A stretch of 64,000 bases of DNA from Octopus vulgaris (lineage: Eukaryota), in NCBI GenBank assembly GCA_951406725.2, contig OX597833.1, forward strand, positions 64,356,001 to 64,420,000. Reading direction: 5' to 3'. Each line of letters starts with the position of its first letter. The stretch's first letter is position 1. The notes beneath the pieces are model-generated. The model was not told the origin of the DNA, did not search any database, and saw only the letters and a program-made list of their open reading frames with translations. Shown piece by piece: positions 29,054 through 45,294 of the stretch. The position numbers were made by a program, and so were the translations under genes.

Positions 29054-29925
29054 GTATATGTATGTGTGTTTACGCAGTAGGTGTTTCTAGTTAGCACTCC
29101 AGTACAATGATAAAACTCACATATCTGTGAACACGTTATTTGAGCGAAGTATTTTTATCGCCATTTTTTTTTATTACATATATTTTTGGGGGGCAGGCTG
29201 TCGAGAGAAGATACAAGGAAAAGTGTTAACGAAACACTGGCTTCCACTACTAGAGATAACACCGATTGCACATAATAAGATGTACTTAACGGTTTTTGCA
29301 GTTGAACTGGCAATGTTATGAATTAGTCCATTCATACAACGTAGATACTGCTTAAATAATATATCTCCAACTGCACCGAATGTAACGGAAACGTTAGATT
29401 CGGTGCAATTATGCTCGAAGTATTATGATTAAATACACCCTTTCACTGTTACTATCTTGTACAATATGGATTAAACGGTTATTAAATATTACGGAATTCC
29501 GTTGTGATAATCTTCGGTATTCTCTTTAAAGGGTGTGCACCCGTGTGTGCATGTGCGTGTGAGCGTGTGTATGTATGTGTGTGCGTGTGTGTGGGGGTTA
29601 TTGGTTGTATGCGTGTTGGAGACAATAGGTGGCATTTTAGCATTCTGTTACATTAGTAATTAAATTCTGTAATCTATATACTACATATTTTACAAACCAT
29701 TTATTTTTCTGTCTCTCCTCCTCTCTGGCACATACATACATATTCCCATATACTATATACCTCAAAGATATTATGTATACATACATACATACATACATAA
29801 ATGCATGCATACATACATACATACATACATACATACATACATACATACATACATACACACACACACCTACATATATACATACATACATACATACATACAC
29901 ACACGCACACACATACATACATACA

Positions 29926-29957
<32 letters not shown>

Positions 29958-30135
29958 CAGAGAGAGAGGGAGAATATATATATATATATATATATGTATA
30001 ACATTCTGCCTAAAAAATGGATCTACAAATGCAATATCCCTACAAACCTCACAATTATTTTTTTTTATTTCCTCCACCCCACTCTCTATTTTATATTTTA
30101 TTTAAATCAATTATTTCTTAACCATCCCCTCACAC

Positions 30136-30185
30136 CGCCTCCGTAGAAGGGATATAATAAATATCCTGGAAACAGCTGTAAGACC
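30136..30185 (+). ncRNA. Degenerate hammerhead-like motif in a PLE-like fragment
   Basis: CCGTAGA (decayed CTGANGA), 7-bp stem II gggatat/atatcct, GAAA-cagctg-TA. Confidence 0.4.
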
Positions 30186-30262
30186 TTCTAGCTATAAATT
30201 CTAAATTCTACACAACCTTGGTTTTTTATCTCATTACACAAAAAATTATACACACACACACA

Positions 30263-30336
<74 letters not shown>

Positions 30337-30458
30337 CTACATGTGGTGTTATATCGATATCTATGTATATATCTAAAATCTATGTATGCATACATACATA
30401 CATGTATTTATATGTATATGAATAAATGTGTATGTATAGATACACAAACTCACACACG

Positions 30459-30503
<45 letters not shown>

Positions 30504-30726
30504 GAAAACAAATAACAACAGGTGGATATTGGTTCATTCACTACACTTGTTTCAAATGAGTTCTTCCTTGATGAATATACTTATTAAATCATGGGAAAAA
30601 AAAGTTTTCATTGGGCTAATATACACAACCTAAGCATTAAAAAAGAGCTAGTCCAGAATCAAGAAGTGGTACATAATGGTGATTCTTCGAAAGTTTTTTT
30701 TTTTTTTAAATTCTTATTTCATGTAT

Positions 30727-30813
30727 ATTCATCTGATGAAAACGGATTGCCTGCATGCTGTAATTTCTCAATTCATCAATAAGAGAAACTCGTTTGAAAC
30801 AGCTGTAGTTAAT
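30727..30813 (+). ncRNA. Candidate hammerhead with an extended stem II
   Basis: attcat-CTGATGA-aaacg...cgttt-GAAA-cagctg-TA-gttaat. A diverged inverted copy at ~30519-30576 has gtgaat, which restores stem I. Confidence 0.55.
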
Positions 30814-30989
30814 AAACCAATTTCCATCTGCTGTTTTTTGTTTATTATTGACCTTACTCGGAAACTGTAGTTAGCGTGGATCTGCAGTCTACTAAGGGCA
30901 GTACATTTGGTGCAGTGTGTGTTCTTAGGTACAGCTTTGAAACTCGTCGTCTATTCAAACGGAGGCTTGTGATCATATATGCAACTAGA

Positions 30990-31490
30990 ATGTGCTTCTA
31001 TATTACCAAATTACCAAACACTCCAATGAGATTGATAGTGGACTATGTCGGTAAGGCATTTATGATGTAATAGAATGGATAAGAACACAAAGGAATCACA
31101 AGCAAATTAAATTGTGTGACAGGTCTTAGCCTCGATGATGAAAGACCTCCACAAAAAACTGAATCTTTATACTCTTGAACAATGCAATGGGTCCTACCTC
31201 GTATTTGGACATTGCAGAAAAATCTTCCATCCATTGACCTAGCGATGCCGGTATTAATTTCTCATGTTATCCATAGCTTCGTCCTTATTGCCATATATTG
31301 TCCCGAGCCATAGCTGAGCTTACGTTACAGGAAAATATTTTTTTATATCTACTGGTCCTGCTTTATATAACATTATTCCAAAAATTGCACGACAAAGAAC
31401 ATGACACTCTTACATACAAACGGTACCTGGACATATTCAGAGAAATTCAATGACAGACCGAACCCGGATACACTCCTACAAGTAACATCT
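30990..31490 (+). mobile_element. CR1-like LINE ORF2 C-terminal relic
   Basis: Frameshifted traces QR.ITSK..., DER..KLNLYTLEQ (cf. ERLxxLxLYSLE) and LDIF...PGY. Confidence 0.5.
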
Positions 31491-32574
31491 CCCGAGTTGT
31501 GTAGGTTATGACGTTGTGAAATATGACTTAAAAGACTACTTGAGGTCGTACTCTTAAATAATGTCCTAGGCTAATAATGACTCAGAACTATCTCAGTCGT
31601 CTTAGTTGTATAGGAATCATTTTAATAAATGTACCTTGCAGTGTATTCGAACTTAGACTGAGAGTTTGCAGCACTAACGTCTTAAACAAACAACCGTACC
31701 TGAATGCATTAATTGTAATATTTACTATATTTATACCTCGTGGCTATATTTTATATTCTCTTCCTGTTGTGTGCATTTAGATTTAAGCTGTTACCTGCAG
31801 CGAGTGTCACCAAATCCTTGAAAGATATGCTACCATTTGTTGTTGCTTTCCTTGTTTAGCAGATACCTTCGTTCAAGTATATAATAAATACACCTAAGGA
31901 CACACTATCGAGTTCTTCCGCTAAGCATAATTAGGTTTGATTTGAGAAATTCTAGCTATCTTTACGAGGAAAAAAATACTGCATAGAATTCCACTTTTTG
32001 GCACGTTATACAGTAATATATCATGTGCATGTGACAAACGTAGTTATCGTGACTAACTCTCGATTATTTTCAATTTAACTTCAATTACAAATTGATTTAG
32101 AAGAAAATTAACTTCTAATTATAATGCTAAAATAACTATTAAATTTATCATTTAATCTCAACAGTACAGGTACATATTTATAACACTTGAATTTCTATCC
32201 GGAAAAATACCGTTCTCCAAACTATTTCATTTCCTTTATTCTGTTTGGAAAGGGGAATTTTTCCCGAAATATTATAGTTATTAGGTAACTTATCTTAGTT
32301 AATGAAATATCTTTTCGTCTTTCATCACTTTCTTGACATCAACTTAAATATTTTGCTTAACTCCTCATCTGAATTGCTCAAAGGTTTTTCATTTAATCCA
32401 TTTAACTTCCCACATGCCTTTCTCTCGCTGTGGTAAGTATAGGAAAGTATTCATATCACTATTCACGATATTATAGTTACTCGCTTGTTACACAAATTTA
32501 TGCAATAATAACGAACGGAAAATGCACGGATGATCCTGCTCATTATGATGATGATGATCATCATCATCATCATC

Positions 32575-32632
32575 AATAATAAAAATAATAAAAATAATAA
32601 TATTAATAATAATAATAATAATAATAATAATG

Positions 32633-32705
<73 letters not shown>
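32575..32705. repeat. (AAT)n microsatellite
   Basis: Direct reading. Confidence 0.95.
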
Positions 32706-32706
<1 letters not shown>

Positions 32707-33212
32707 TGATTGGAAGTGTTATCATGTACATTGTTTTGTCTTGGTATAAAAGATGGGCTACAGCAAATATTCTGCTCAATACCACAGATTTGCTTGTCAG
32801 TTGTTTGACCTTAACCAGTTGAGCATGACCCTTAGTGGCTGACGATATGTGCATCTCTGATCACGAGCAGAAGTAGTTGGGGAGCACCATAGCCATGTGT
32901 TGAGAGAGATTCTTTGTGGTTTGAATAATTCACCTCTGGAAACATGGGCGGTTCTTTCAACATCCTTAAACAACCCTTATTCAGGGACCTTTTGAGCGGG
33001 ATGGGCTACTCAACCTGAAGAAAATTCTAACTGGGCCCCACCTGCAAGGTCATGCGCTGTTTATTATGAGATGAGATCATCAAGTCACGCACATGTGGTT
33101 GTGATGCATGTGCCTGGTGTACCCTTATCAGACGGGTAGTCATGATGGGTATACTGGGCTTCGTATATTTTACCCCAGTGTCACTTTGATGCTATGCACT
33201 GCTCTCTCACGC
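32706..33212 (+). mobile_element. Non-coding insert inside (TAA)n; probable 3' end of a Dong/R4-like LINE
   Basis: Sharp GC-richer block bounded by AAT repeats on both sides. Dong (R4 clade) is the established TAA-targeting LINE; no ORF is visible, so the family call is inferred. Confidence 0.5.
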
Positions 33213-33893
33213 AATAATAACAATAATAGTAAAAACCTCATACTAAGTAACAAAACAAGCAAAGAAATATATAAGTGAATTCCAATAATAATAATAATGA
33301 TGATGATGATGATGGTGATGATGATTAATAACATCGTTACTATTGCCTTCATTTTGTTTTCTCTTGCGTGCTCTCACTTTCTGCAACATGCAGCTCAGTG
33401 TACATCGGTTATTGTCAGAATGTCTTCTCTGCGCGCTTCTGTGTGATTCTGCTTTATTGAATGTAATTTCTAAGCAAGCAATATCGGAGTGTGAGGTACC
33501 CAGTAGTCGTATCATTGTTGAGATAAGCATGGATTCCATTTTACTTAAGCACGGTAAAGAAAGAAAAAAAATATGATTGAAATCAAATTGAATGGAAGGA
33601 AGATATATTGTTATCGGTGTATTAGAGAAACTGGGTCACGAAAGTAATTTACGAAAGGAAGTGCATGAGATGGAACTAAATGTTTCGAACTAAATACAAT
33701 TACACACGCACACCGACAGACACACTGACACACACCTATGTATGCATATATGTAGAGGCACCTTCGTATCAATACAGATTGCGCGGCGACGTTGGAATAT
33801 ATATAATCATGTATTGTTTGAGGTTAACAGAGTAGGTTGTGGTGGTGGTTTTGGAAAGGTATATGTTACTGAAGCACTGTGTATGTATATGTG

Positions 33894-34230
33894 TGTGGAG
33901 GCACAATGACCCAGTCGTTAGGGCAGCGGACACCCGGTCGTAAGGTTCGCGGTTTCGATTCCAAAAATGGGTGTTGTGAGTGTTTATTGAACGAAAACAT
34001 CTAAAGTTCCACGAGGCTCCGGCAAAAGGTGGTGTCGAACCCTGCTGTACTCTTCCACCACAACTTTCTGTCACTCCTTCCTGTTTCTTTTGTATCTGTA
34101 TTTCAAAGGGCCAGCCTTGTCACACACTGTGTCACCTTGAATCTCCCCGAGAACTACCTTAAGGGTACGCGTGTCTGTGGAGTGCTCAGCCACTTGCACG
34201 TTAATTTCACGAGCAGGCTGTTCCGTTGAT
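33894..34230 (+). mobile_element. SINE family C
   Basis: Match to 44421-44809. Confidence 0.85.
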
Positions 34231-34276
34231 TAAACTTATTGAATCATCGATGCTTAATATCGACCCCCTTTTAATG

Positions 34277-34490
34277 CAGTGAGCTGGCAGAAACGTTAGC
34301 ATGCCCGGTGAAATGCTAAGCGGTATTTCGTCTGTCTTTACGTTCTGAGTTCAAATTCCGCCAAGATCGACTTTGCTTTTCATCCTTTCGTGGTCGATAA
34401 ATTGAGTGCCAGCTGCGGACTGGGGTCGATCTAATCGACTGGGCCCTCCTACAAAATTTCGGGCCTTGTGCCTTGAGTAGAAAAGTAATA
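34277..34490 (+). mobile_element. SINE family A, tail type 2
   Basis: Family A head and body followed by AAAATTTCGGGCCTTGTGCCT.GAGTAGAAAAG instead of the usual tail. Confidence 0.82.
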
Positions 34491-34827
34491 TTGAACCCCT
34501 TTCATGAGTTTCGAAGCATAAAACCAAATAAAGAACTGGATAGCATAATAATTAAACGAGACGATTTTTTGGCATAAGAACTTATAATCCAAATATAAAA
34601 AGAAATTATCATATAAAATCTAGAACATGTTTATATATCTCTGGAAGCATTGTCCGACGGAGATTTACGCCATATGTATATGGAGATGTAATTTATTGAA
34701 TGCGATCGGCTACATGGAAGCGAGCGTAAATCGGAGGATGAGTCTAGAACAGATAAAGACAGATAAATGTTAAAACTGTGGAGAAGGACAAAATGTAGGA
34801 GTGCAAATGCATATTTTGTATAGAACA

Positions 34828-34874
34828 AAGCCTTAGGAGTAGATTTGGTAGACGGAAACTGAAAGAATCCCGTC

Positions 34875-34970
<96 letters not shown>

Positions 34971-35165
34971 ATTGTTTGTAGCTTGACAAACAGTGCTGGT
35001 GGGCTTAAGTCCCCGTAATCTAGCAGTTCAGCAAAAGATTCCGACAGAATAATTCCTAGGCTTACAAAGAATAATTCCTGGGGTCGATTTCTTCGACTAA
35101 AACCGTTTAATGCGGTGCTCCAGCATGGCCGCAGGTATATGGCTGGAACATGTAAAAGGATAATC
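34828..35165 (+). mobile_element. SINE family B, 5'-truncated
   Basis: Match to the family B body and tail. Confidence 0.78.
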
Positions 35166-35747
35166 GAATAAAAGTATAGTTGACATGATCTAATGGTGAA
35201 CAGAAAACAGAATAAAGCTGATTATTGCAAGTCCTAAAAGGGGCCTGTATCAGATGCTTTTAGAAGAAGGAAGGCATCTGAAAACTTTTCTGAAAGACTA
35301 TTTATATTTAAGGGATCACCGCCCGTTTGATATGGGTATCTTCACGGCACGTCTAACATCGAAAAAGCCCATAAATAAATTCCACAAGGCCAGGTTGTTA
35401 TTAATCGAAGCATTGGGTGGTTGGAATCACATGTTACCATTTCTCTTCTGTTTTTGTGGCGATATGTCAAACTTGAGTGGCTCAGTTCCTCTCATCTTTC
35501 TAATTTATTGAATTCTTAACCCCTTGTAACATACTAGCGTTTGTGTCAGTAACTACCTACTATACTTATATGTATATATATGTATGTATAACTGCATGTA
35601 CACATACACACTACACATATATATGTATATATATGCGTATATGCACATACCCACCTGTTTTGTAACATCTTTTACATAATGCATTTTGTATTATTGACGT
35701 GGGCCGTTTTGGCGAATGAAGCAATTATTGCTATCAATGTTACTATC

Positions 35748-36612
<865 letters not shown>

Positions 36613-36903
36613 GATTGTGCTGACTTCGTCATCTTGTGTCTTCTTATTTCTGTTTCTTTTCTTTCCTCTCATTCTTGTTCCATCAAAGCCTCCATAATTT
36701 TTTCTCATCTCTTCTTTTACATCCTCCATCCACCACCACCACCACTACCACCACCACCACCACCACCGCCGCCACCGCCACCACCACCACCACCAACAAC
36801 CACCGACACTCACGTCTCTGCCTCCGCGCTATTCCTCTTCTACGCCTCGCAACTTTTTTCGTCCCTTCTCCTTCATGTTCACCGACTCTCTCTCTCTCTC
36901 TCT

Positions 36904-36948
<45 letters not shown>

Positions 36949-36999
36949 CGTATATGTATGTATATATATTTATATATCCATATACATTTACATACATAC

Positions 37000-37088
<89 letters not shown>

Positions 37089-38665
37089 CATACAAACACA
37101 TATATATATATATATATATATATATGTTTTGATTCCATTTGTTATTCTTATTAACCTTACTCGTCTAATACCTCTTAACACTCCATTTATGACTGTAGTT
37201 TGCCTTGAATCTCCGTGGATTAATTTCTTTTCACATCTGAAAAACGTCAACCAGACTAATAATAAAATTCTAAATAATGTATTTTGGTCACGATTCCCTG
37301 CAGATCCTGCTTTTATAGCTCAATTATCTCGCCGCTTCCAGAACAAATAAACTGGACATGTTTCCCCCTTAAAAGCTTCGCTATTTGCTTTAAAAATGGA
37401 CGACAAATTTTCAATGTAATCCTTGAGCTAAATCGCGCAAATATTGTCTAGAATTCAATGAAGGTGGTAATCCTATCTCTTATTACAACCTTCAATCATA
37501 TCACTAACTTTTAAACCAAGAATCAGCGAGCAAGATTTAAGTACTCTGTGCCACAAATCCGTAATATTGTTTCGATTCTTGCTAGATGGAAATCCATTAT
37601 CGCATTGCAATAAAAATGTGGTTTTTATCCAGCCCTCAACTATGGAAAATTTCAGCTCTCTTGCGAGAGAAAAAAAGGAGAGAAAGCGAGAGACAGGGAG
37701 AGAGGAGGAGAGTAATGATTAGGATATATTTTCAAGTAGATTTTTGCTAATAAATCCATTGGCCACGAAGCGGTTCCCCAAAAAATCACGGAAAGTGAAA
37801 GTAATATCTATGATAATAATTTCAATTTTCGTCTTCAATAAAAAACAGGAAAGAAACATGGATAAGACATATTTCAATATGATCCTGACCTCTTCAGCTA
37901 ATTAGGAACTTCATAGAAGTATCTTTAAAGATATTATCCAGGGTTTTTTTTATATTTCTTTTCATAAATGAATAAAAACATTTAGGAAATAAATATTTGA
38001 AAGCGAACGAGTTTGTGAAAAATCGAAAGTATTTTTATAGTTTATACCGGCAAAGAAGGGAGAAAATTATGGACAAATTCCATATTTATTCGGATTCCAT
38101 CAGCAGTGTTGCTGAAATCATGGAAGACATCTCTAACTTGATCCTCAAGGTTTCACACAGAGTTTGACATGTGAAAATATAAACGGAGACTTATTTAGAG
38201 AATAGAACAAAGAGGCTATTAAATAGTTAAGTGTCAACATATTTTATAAACAAGGTAACAAGGAATAATTATGCAGTGAGACAGAAGATTCAGTTAATAT
38301 CATTATCTGTTTGAAAGGGATTAAAGAAGCGTGACGTGCTAATAAATTTGCTGTGGTCCATGTAAATTTCTAATATAGATTTTCAGAAAGGGAGACAACT
38401 CTGGAAAATGTACGTCTTTTCATTTCACCAATTTCGTCTTTTCATTTCTCTATATCTGCCAAAGTAGTAATGAAGATAGAGAAAATAATTAATTCATGGC
38501 ATGGAACATAGAAGCACATAGAATTGTCTTGTAGTAAAATCATAATATTAAATAAGGCAATAAAGTGATGAGTTCGCAGGAGTGATAACACGCCGGGCAA
38601 AATGCTTAGAAATAATTCAAAATCAGTTATGTATATGCAGGGGAAAAATGAAAGGAGCTCGTCGA

Positions 38666-38704
<39 letters not shown>

Positions 38705-38711
38705 TATATAT

Positions 38712-38829
38712 ATATTGTTGTATTTAGGAATGGTCCTTTTGCCAGTTTAGCCAATAAAAACACACGCACTATATATTTATTTTTTTACATTAATCTTAAT
38801 CTTATGACCATTCCTAAATACAACAATAT
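38712..38829. repeat. 24-bp perfect inverted repeat in a microsatellite-embedded fragment
   Basis: ATATTGTTGTATTTAGGAATGGTC (38712-38735) and its reverse complement (38806-38829). Confidence 0.9.
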
Positions 38830-38893
38830 CTGTTTCAACACACGAGTTCACATAAAAAATCTTGCACAACAAATATTTAAACGTATATATATA

Positions 38894-38955
<62 letters not shown>

Positions 38956-39209
38956 TATACACATAAGTAGATACTACATAATATATGCATATATATATAT
39001 ATGAGTTTTCGAAGACAATCGCTCCAATAAGTAGCAAAATAAAATTTGGGATTAATGGAGGGTCAAGGTTGGGAACAAAAGCAGGACAGTGAAGATGCAG
39101 AAGGAAACCGAACTAAAACAAACATGGAGGGTCGTTAGACCAGAACGCGGATAAAATAGCGAACGCTCGAGGAAAATATATATTGATAGATAGACAACAA
39201 TACTATATT

Positions 39210-39525
<316 letters not shown>

Positions 39526-40535
39526 TGTTTCTTTATTAGCCACACAGGGCTGCACACAGATAGAACAAATTACAAGGTAGAGCTTTTCTTTTGAAGGTTT
39601 AAGAAAAAAAAAAAAAAAAAAAAAAAAAAAGGAAGGGGGAGTTTCGATCAAAAGGGATCGTAAAAGGAGAGAAAGAGGACAAAAAAAAAAGGGGGTTTAA
39701 AAAAAAAAAAAAGGGGGGGGAGGAAAAAAATTGATCAATAGGGATCGTTATCACAGAAATGTCAATATGAAGTGTAAAGGGGAGGACAGGTGAGGTTTAC
39801 CCGTGCAAAGAAAAGCCTACGGAAAAGACCACGGTAACCTCGGTCAATGAAGTCACATTTTATATTTCTTTTTTTTTTTTTTTTTGCAAATAAGCAACTC
39901 TCTGTTTTCGATTTCTGGGTTCATAGGACTATGCTCAAGGTGGCTTCGTCATTCATACGTGCCATTCTTGCTACATTCACCCATCTTTTTTTAAAACATT
40001 CGCTAGACAAAACTTGCCTCTCTACTCTCACTTTCCTTTTCAAGTGGTACTTGAAGAAGTTGATGAGAGATTGACCAGAGAGGAAAGTGTTTGTCTCCAA
40101 TCCTTTCAGACGCGTCCACCAGATACATTCTTTCGCCATAGCCACAAGGATGATGAAAATAGCTCTTCCTTCCCGTTTGAAGGAAGGAGGCGTGACAATA
40201 TTGACGATAGACTCAGCTGATAAACCGACTCGTCCCACACGTGACAGCAGTTGTTCGACACAAGCCCACAGGTCGGAAATTGTTGGACACTGAACGAGTG
40301 CGTGCAGAACGGTTTCGTCGCTCTGACCGCATCTCGGGCAGGTCGGCCCCGTGTTTCTCGAGCCGTGTCTGTAGAGCTTATCCCGAACGGGTAGCGCTTC
40401 TCGGTAGCACTGCCAGGCCAGGGATCTCTGGAAGTTGTCCATGGGCCCTGGCCCGAAAGTCGTCCTGAACAGGCGGGTCAGGTACTCCTCGTCGACGTCC
40501 AGGTTCGCCCCGAGCTCGTCGTCGTACCTCCCCTC
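39526..40535 (-). mobile_element. Tx1-like LINE copy 2 (5'-truncated; ORF2 C-terminus open to its stop at 39921)
   Basis: Homologous to 376-1335; CPRCGQSDETVLHALVQCP; GATA arrays on both sides. Confidence 0.92.
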
Positions 40536-41458
<923 letters not shown>

Positions 41459-41925
41459 GTGTTTTTTTATGTATTATTTATATGACCCCGTCTATGTTTT
41501 TGTGTAGCCTCTATAAAACGTCTGGCGTACAAATACACACATATGCTGCAATTAGCAATTTGCTAAAATATAGATCAAAACATAACATAACAGAGTGACA
41601 TAACCTCGAAATTGTTGACAAAAATGTTTGGAAGTGAAATCAGTGACCCCTGTATGGACGCAAACCGATAAATAATACCAGTGGAAAATGAAAAGAATTG
41701 TTCTGGTTGTACAGCTGCCAATCAGCGGCCTTTATCTGAGACGACTTTGAGATTAACAATTAAATATTTTATCTTGCTTTGTCGAGTAACTCAGTTCAAA
41801 CAGAGCCGCACGACAGAAAGTTTCGTGATAGATTCATAGATTCGTTTCAGGAGACGCGGCAGCTGTCATCTTTTATGAATGAAGACCGCTGTGAGATGTA
41901 TATGCGTATATATATATATATATGC

Positions 41926-41985
<60 letters not shown>

Positions 41986-42149
41986 GCATATATAAATAAA
42001 TAAAAATATATATATACATATACTTACATGTATATTTAGAGATATATACACGTGCATATATATACATGTATATATATATATATTAAGATATATATTAATA
42101 TACCGTATATAAATATTTATATAATATGTATATATATGTATCGTCGCTA

Positions 42150-42183
<34 letters not shown>

Positions 42184-42208
42184 CTTACACACACACACAT
42201 CTATATTC

Positions 42209-42248
<40 letters not shown>

Positions 42249-42298
42249 TTTTTCTCTCTAGTTTCAGCTCAGACCTGAATACATATATATTCCACCGT

Positions 42299-42361
<63 letters not shown>

Positions 42362-42599
42362 TAAATGGGTACAGGACGTTATCAAATGTAAACAACACGA
42401 AGTACGAAAACAAAAACGAGTGAATACGCAAAGAGCAAGAGAATAAAATAGAAACAGGACAAGTAACACATTGAACGTCCCTTTATCAGTTGTCGGCTGT
42501 CCTTCTACTCCTTATTTCGAGCATTATATATTTGCCAATGCTGTCAGTATAACGAAACGAGATACTATTAGTTTCTTGCTGTGAAGACACTTGTCTAGC

Positions 42600-43100
42600 A
42601 GTTTTGATAATGTGTGACAGTGGGACAATTGCTGTACGGATAATGCATATTGAGACAATAACACATGTCTACGTCCATCTTCTGGTCTTCGGAAAATGTG
42701 ACCTGCTGTCATGTCGATTTTTAGAATTATTGCTTTCTGAGATTAATTTTGCTCCACCTTTTCAATTTGTTCCCAATTAGCAATAATCGAGCATTCTGCC
42801 ATCCTTCGAAGCGGATAAATAAGTTAATTAAACTAAAACCTGTCTTTTATGGTATTCCATTAACACGTATTACTCTCTGGTCTCTAAGTATAAGCCATTG
42901 ACTATTTTGAGTTATTTCCCTTGTTTATTTTTTGCTCGCAGTTACCTCGATTATTAATGTATTCCAATCCTTTTCTCTGTATAACCAAGTGTACTCAATA
43001 CTGGATACGACAGAAGACAATTTGCTGACGACATTTATTGATTCAGGAACTCGTAACCACAGACATTCTCTCGCTTCCAGACTATCCGACGGAATTTTCC
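42600..43100 (-). mobile_element. Possible RTE-like LINE C-terminal relic
   Basis: AGHIFRRPEDGR (cf. WxGHVxRxxxxR) plus a weak upstream SVVSSI..Y..W trace. Confidence 0.33.
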
Positions 43101-43495
43101 TTAATAGGGTGGAAAATTTGGAGATTCCATGATTCTTAACATGATCTTCCCTACACGCTGTGATTCATCTCGAATGAATTCTGTGATATTCATTCGTTTG
43201 TTTCTTGAAATTTATTTAATATTTGTCCTTTTTATTTCAGAATAATCAAAATCGTGTTGTTTTCTCATTTAACAATATTGTCCAACGTTCGAGTTGGCGG
43301 ACGGCAGTGTCGTTTGAACGTGGGGCAGAATCCAACTGCAACATTCAGTCCAATTTCTAGCGGTTTGTGTTCATATCCCACCAAGGCCAGCTGTAACTTT
43401 CAAACCTCCGACCAATAAATAAATAAGAAATAGCCAAGGCGTTTCAGCTATGACGCCCTCGCAACCATGGCTAGAGAATAATTAGTCTCTGAAAT

Positions 43496-45066
43496 TAATG
43501 GTAATTAAACCTACATCATCCAATACGTCGTTCCTTTTTCAAGAAAATGTGTTGCAAAATCAGAGTTATTTGGTTTTTCATATTTATATTTTCATATTTA
43601 TAAGAAATGATAGAATTTGATCTATCTCTTTTTCATTCCTTTTCACTCCCTAAAAGAGATTGATTACGACTCATCCAGAGACTGATACACACCGAATTTG
43701 TAATGCACGAGACAAACTGCATTTGGCAACAGAGTTCCGATATCCTAATCACCTATTACTGTGAATTCCAGGCCAGTTAATCGGCACTTGGGATCTTTCA
43801 GTTATCAACAATTGTATGTTTGCCGAAGGAATTAATATATTATGCACTCTGCTAACCAACGTGGAATCGGTAACTTCGTCGTCGCATAACGTGTTAGAAA
43901 AATGGCGGATAAATCTCCCTGGAATCGAACCACTTTGATGGGACAGTGTTAACGTTTGATAATATTACAGGGCCTTGGAGTAATTTTTCATAAATAATGT
44001 ATTGTATTAATGAAGGCAATGGTGGTATCACCAGGAGATTTGGCCATGATTGCATATTGCTATAGGCAGGGATCTGTCAGAATCGTTACCGCGCCGAACA
44101 AAATGTTTAACAGCTTTCCTTACGGTTCTTTACCTTTCTGAATCCAAATTCCGTCGAGATCGACTTTGCCTTTCGGGAACGATAAAATAAGCACAAGTCA
44201 AGAACTAGGGTCGGTGTAACTAACTATCCTCCTGGTCCCAAATCCTTACATACCACTACTATTGTAAATGATATTTGTTGATCTTGTTTGCATCTGTGAA
44301 TTTACATAAGATCGAGTCTGATTCCAATTAACATTTTGTATGTCATACTTTAGAGAAATTCTAAATAGACATAATGGTCACGAATGTAATGGTTGCTTGA
44401 ATTCGCCAATACGTTGAGGATTGGATGGAAGCACTCCGTCGGTTACGACGACGAGGGTTCCGGTTGATCCGATCAACGGAACAGCCTGCTCGTGAAATTA
44501 ACGTGTAAGTGGCTGAGCACTCCACAGACACGTGTACCCTTAACGTAGTTCTCGGGGATATTCAGCGTGACACAGAGAGTGACAAGGCCGGCCCTTTGAA
44601 ATACAGGTACAACAGAAACAGGAAGTAAGAGTGAGAAAAAGTTGTGGTGAAAGAGTACAGCAGGGTTCGCCACCAACCGCTGCAGGAGCCTCGTGGAGCT
44701 TTAGGTGTTTTCGCTCAATAAACACTCACAACGCCCGGTCTGGAAATCGAAACTGCGATCCTACGACCGCGAGTCCGCTGCCCTAACCACTCGGCCATTG
44801 TGCCTCCACACGTTCAGGACTAATCGTGTGCTAAATACCAACATTAACCTAGCGTCATAATTCAATAGATTTGCTTGCTCGGTCGCAGGTCACATGGACC
44901 TACACAGCAACAACTCCCTCATCCGAAAAGTCCATCACTTACATCAATTAACAGTATTTATGATCGCTCGACCACATAAATATGAAAACCAAATAACTCT
45001 GATTTTGCAACACATTTTCTTGAAAAAGGAACGACGTATTGCATGATGTAGGTTTAATTACCATTA
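43496..45066. repeat. ~91-bp near-perfect inverted repeat pair (43496-43587 and 44976-45066)
   Basis: One substitution and one indel seen between the arms. Confidence 0.9.
44421..44809 (-). mobile_element. SINE family C, full length
   Basis: Probable TSD ACGTT(G/C)AGGA at 44411-44420 and 44810-44819. Confidence 0.9.
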
Positions 45067-45294
45067 TATCATCTCAAAACTAATTGCATCGCACTGCAAA
45101 CACAAATGTATAACACTATTGACTGACAAACATTCACCACACTTGTTAGTGGGTTATGGTTGAAAAACAAGATACGGTGTGTCTACGAGTAATTAATTTA
45201 ACAGACTAATTATGTAATGGCCGCGGTTGGGAGGGAGTCATGGATGGAACGCCTTGGCTATTGCTCTGGACAATGGTACCAACCCGGTTTAACC

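Noticed and set aside
35254-35511. 85-aa non-repetitive ORF
   Set aside because: No recognisable domain or splice context; possibly decayed LINE sequence.
42440-42525. Minus-strand GCTCGAAA...CTGATAA as a hammerhead
   Set aside because: Could not form stems I and III in any permutation.
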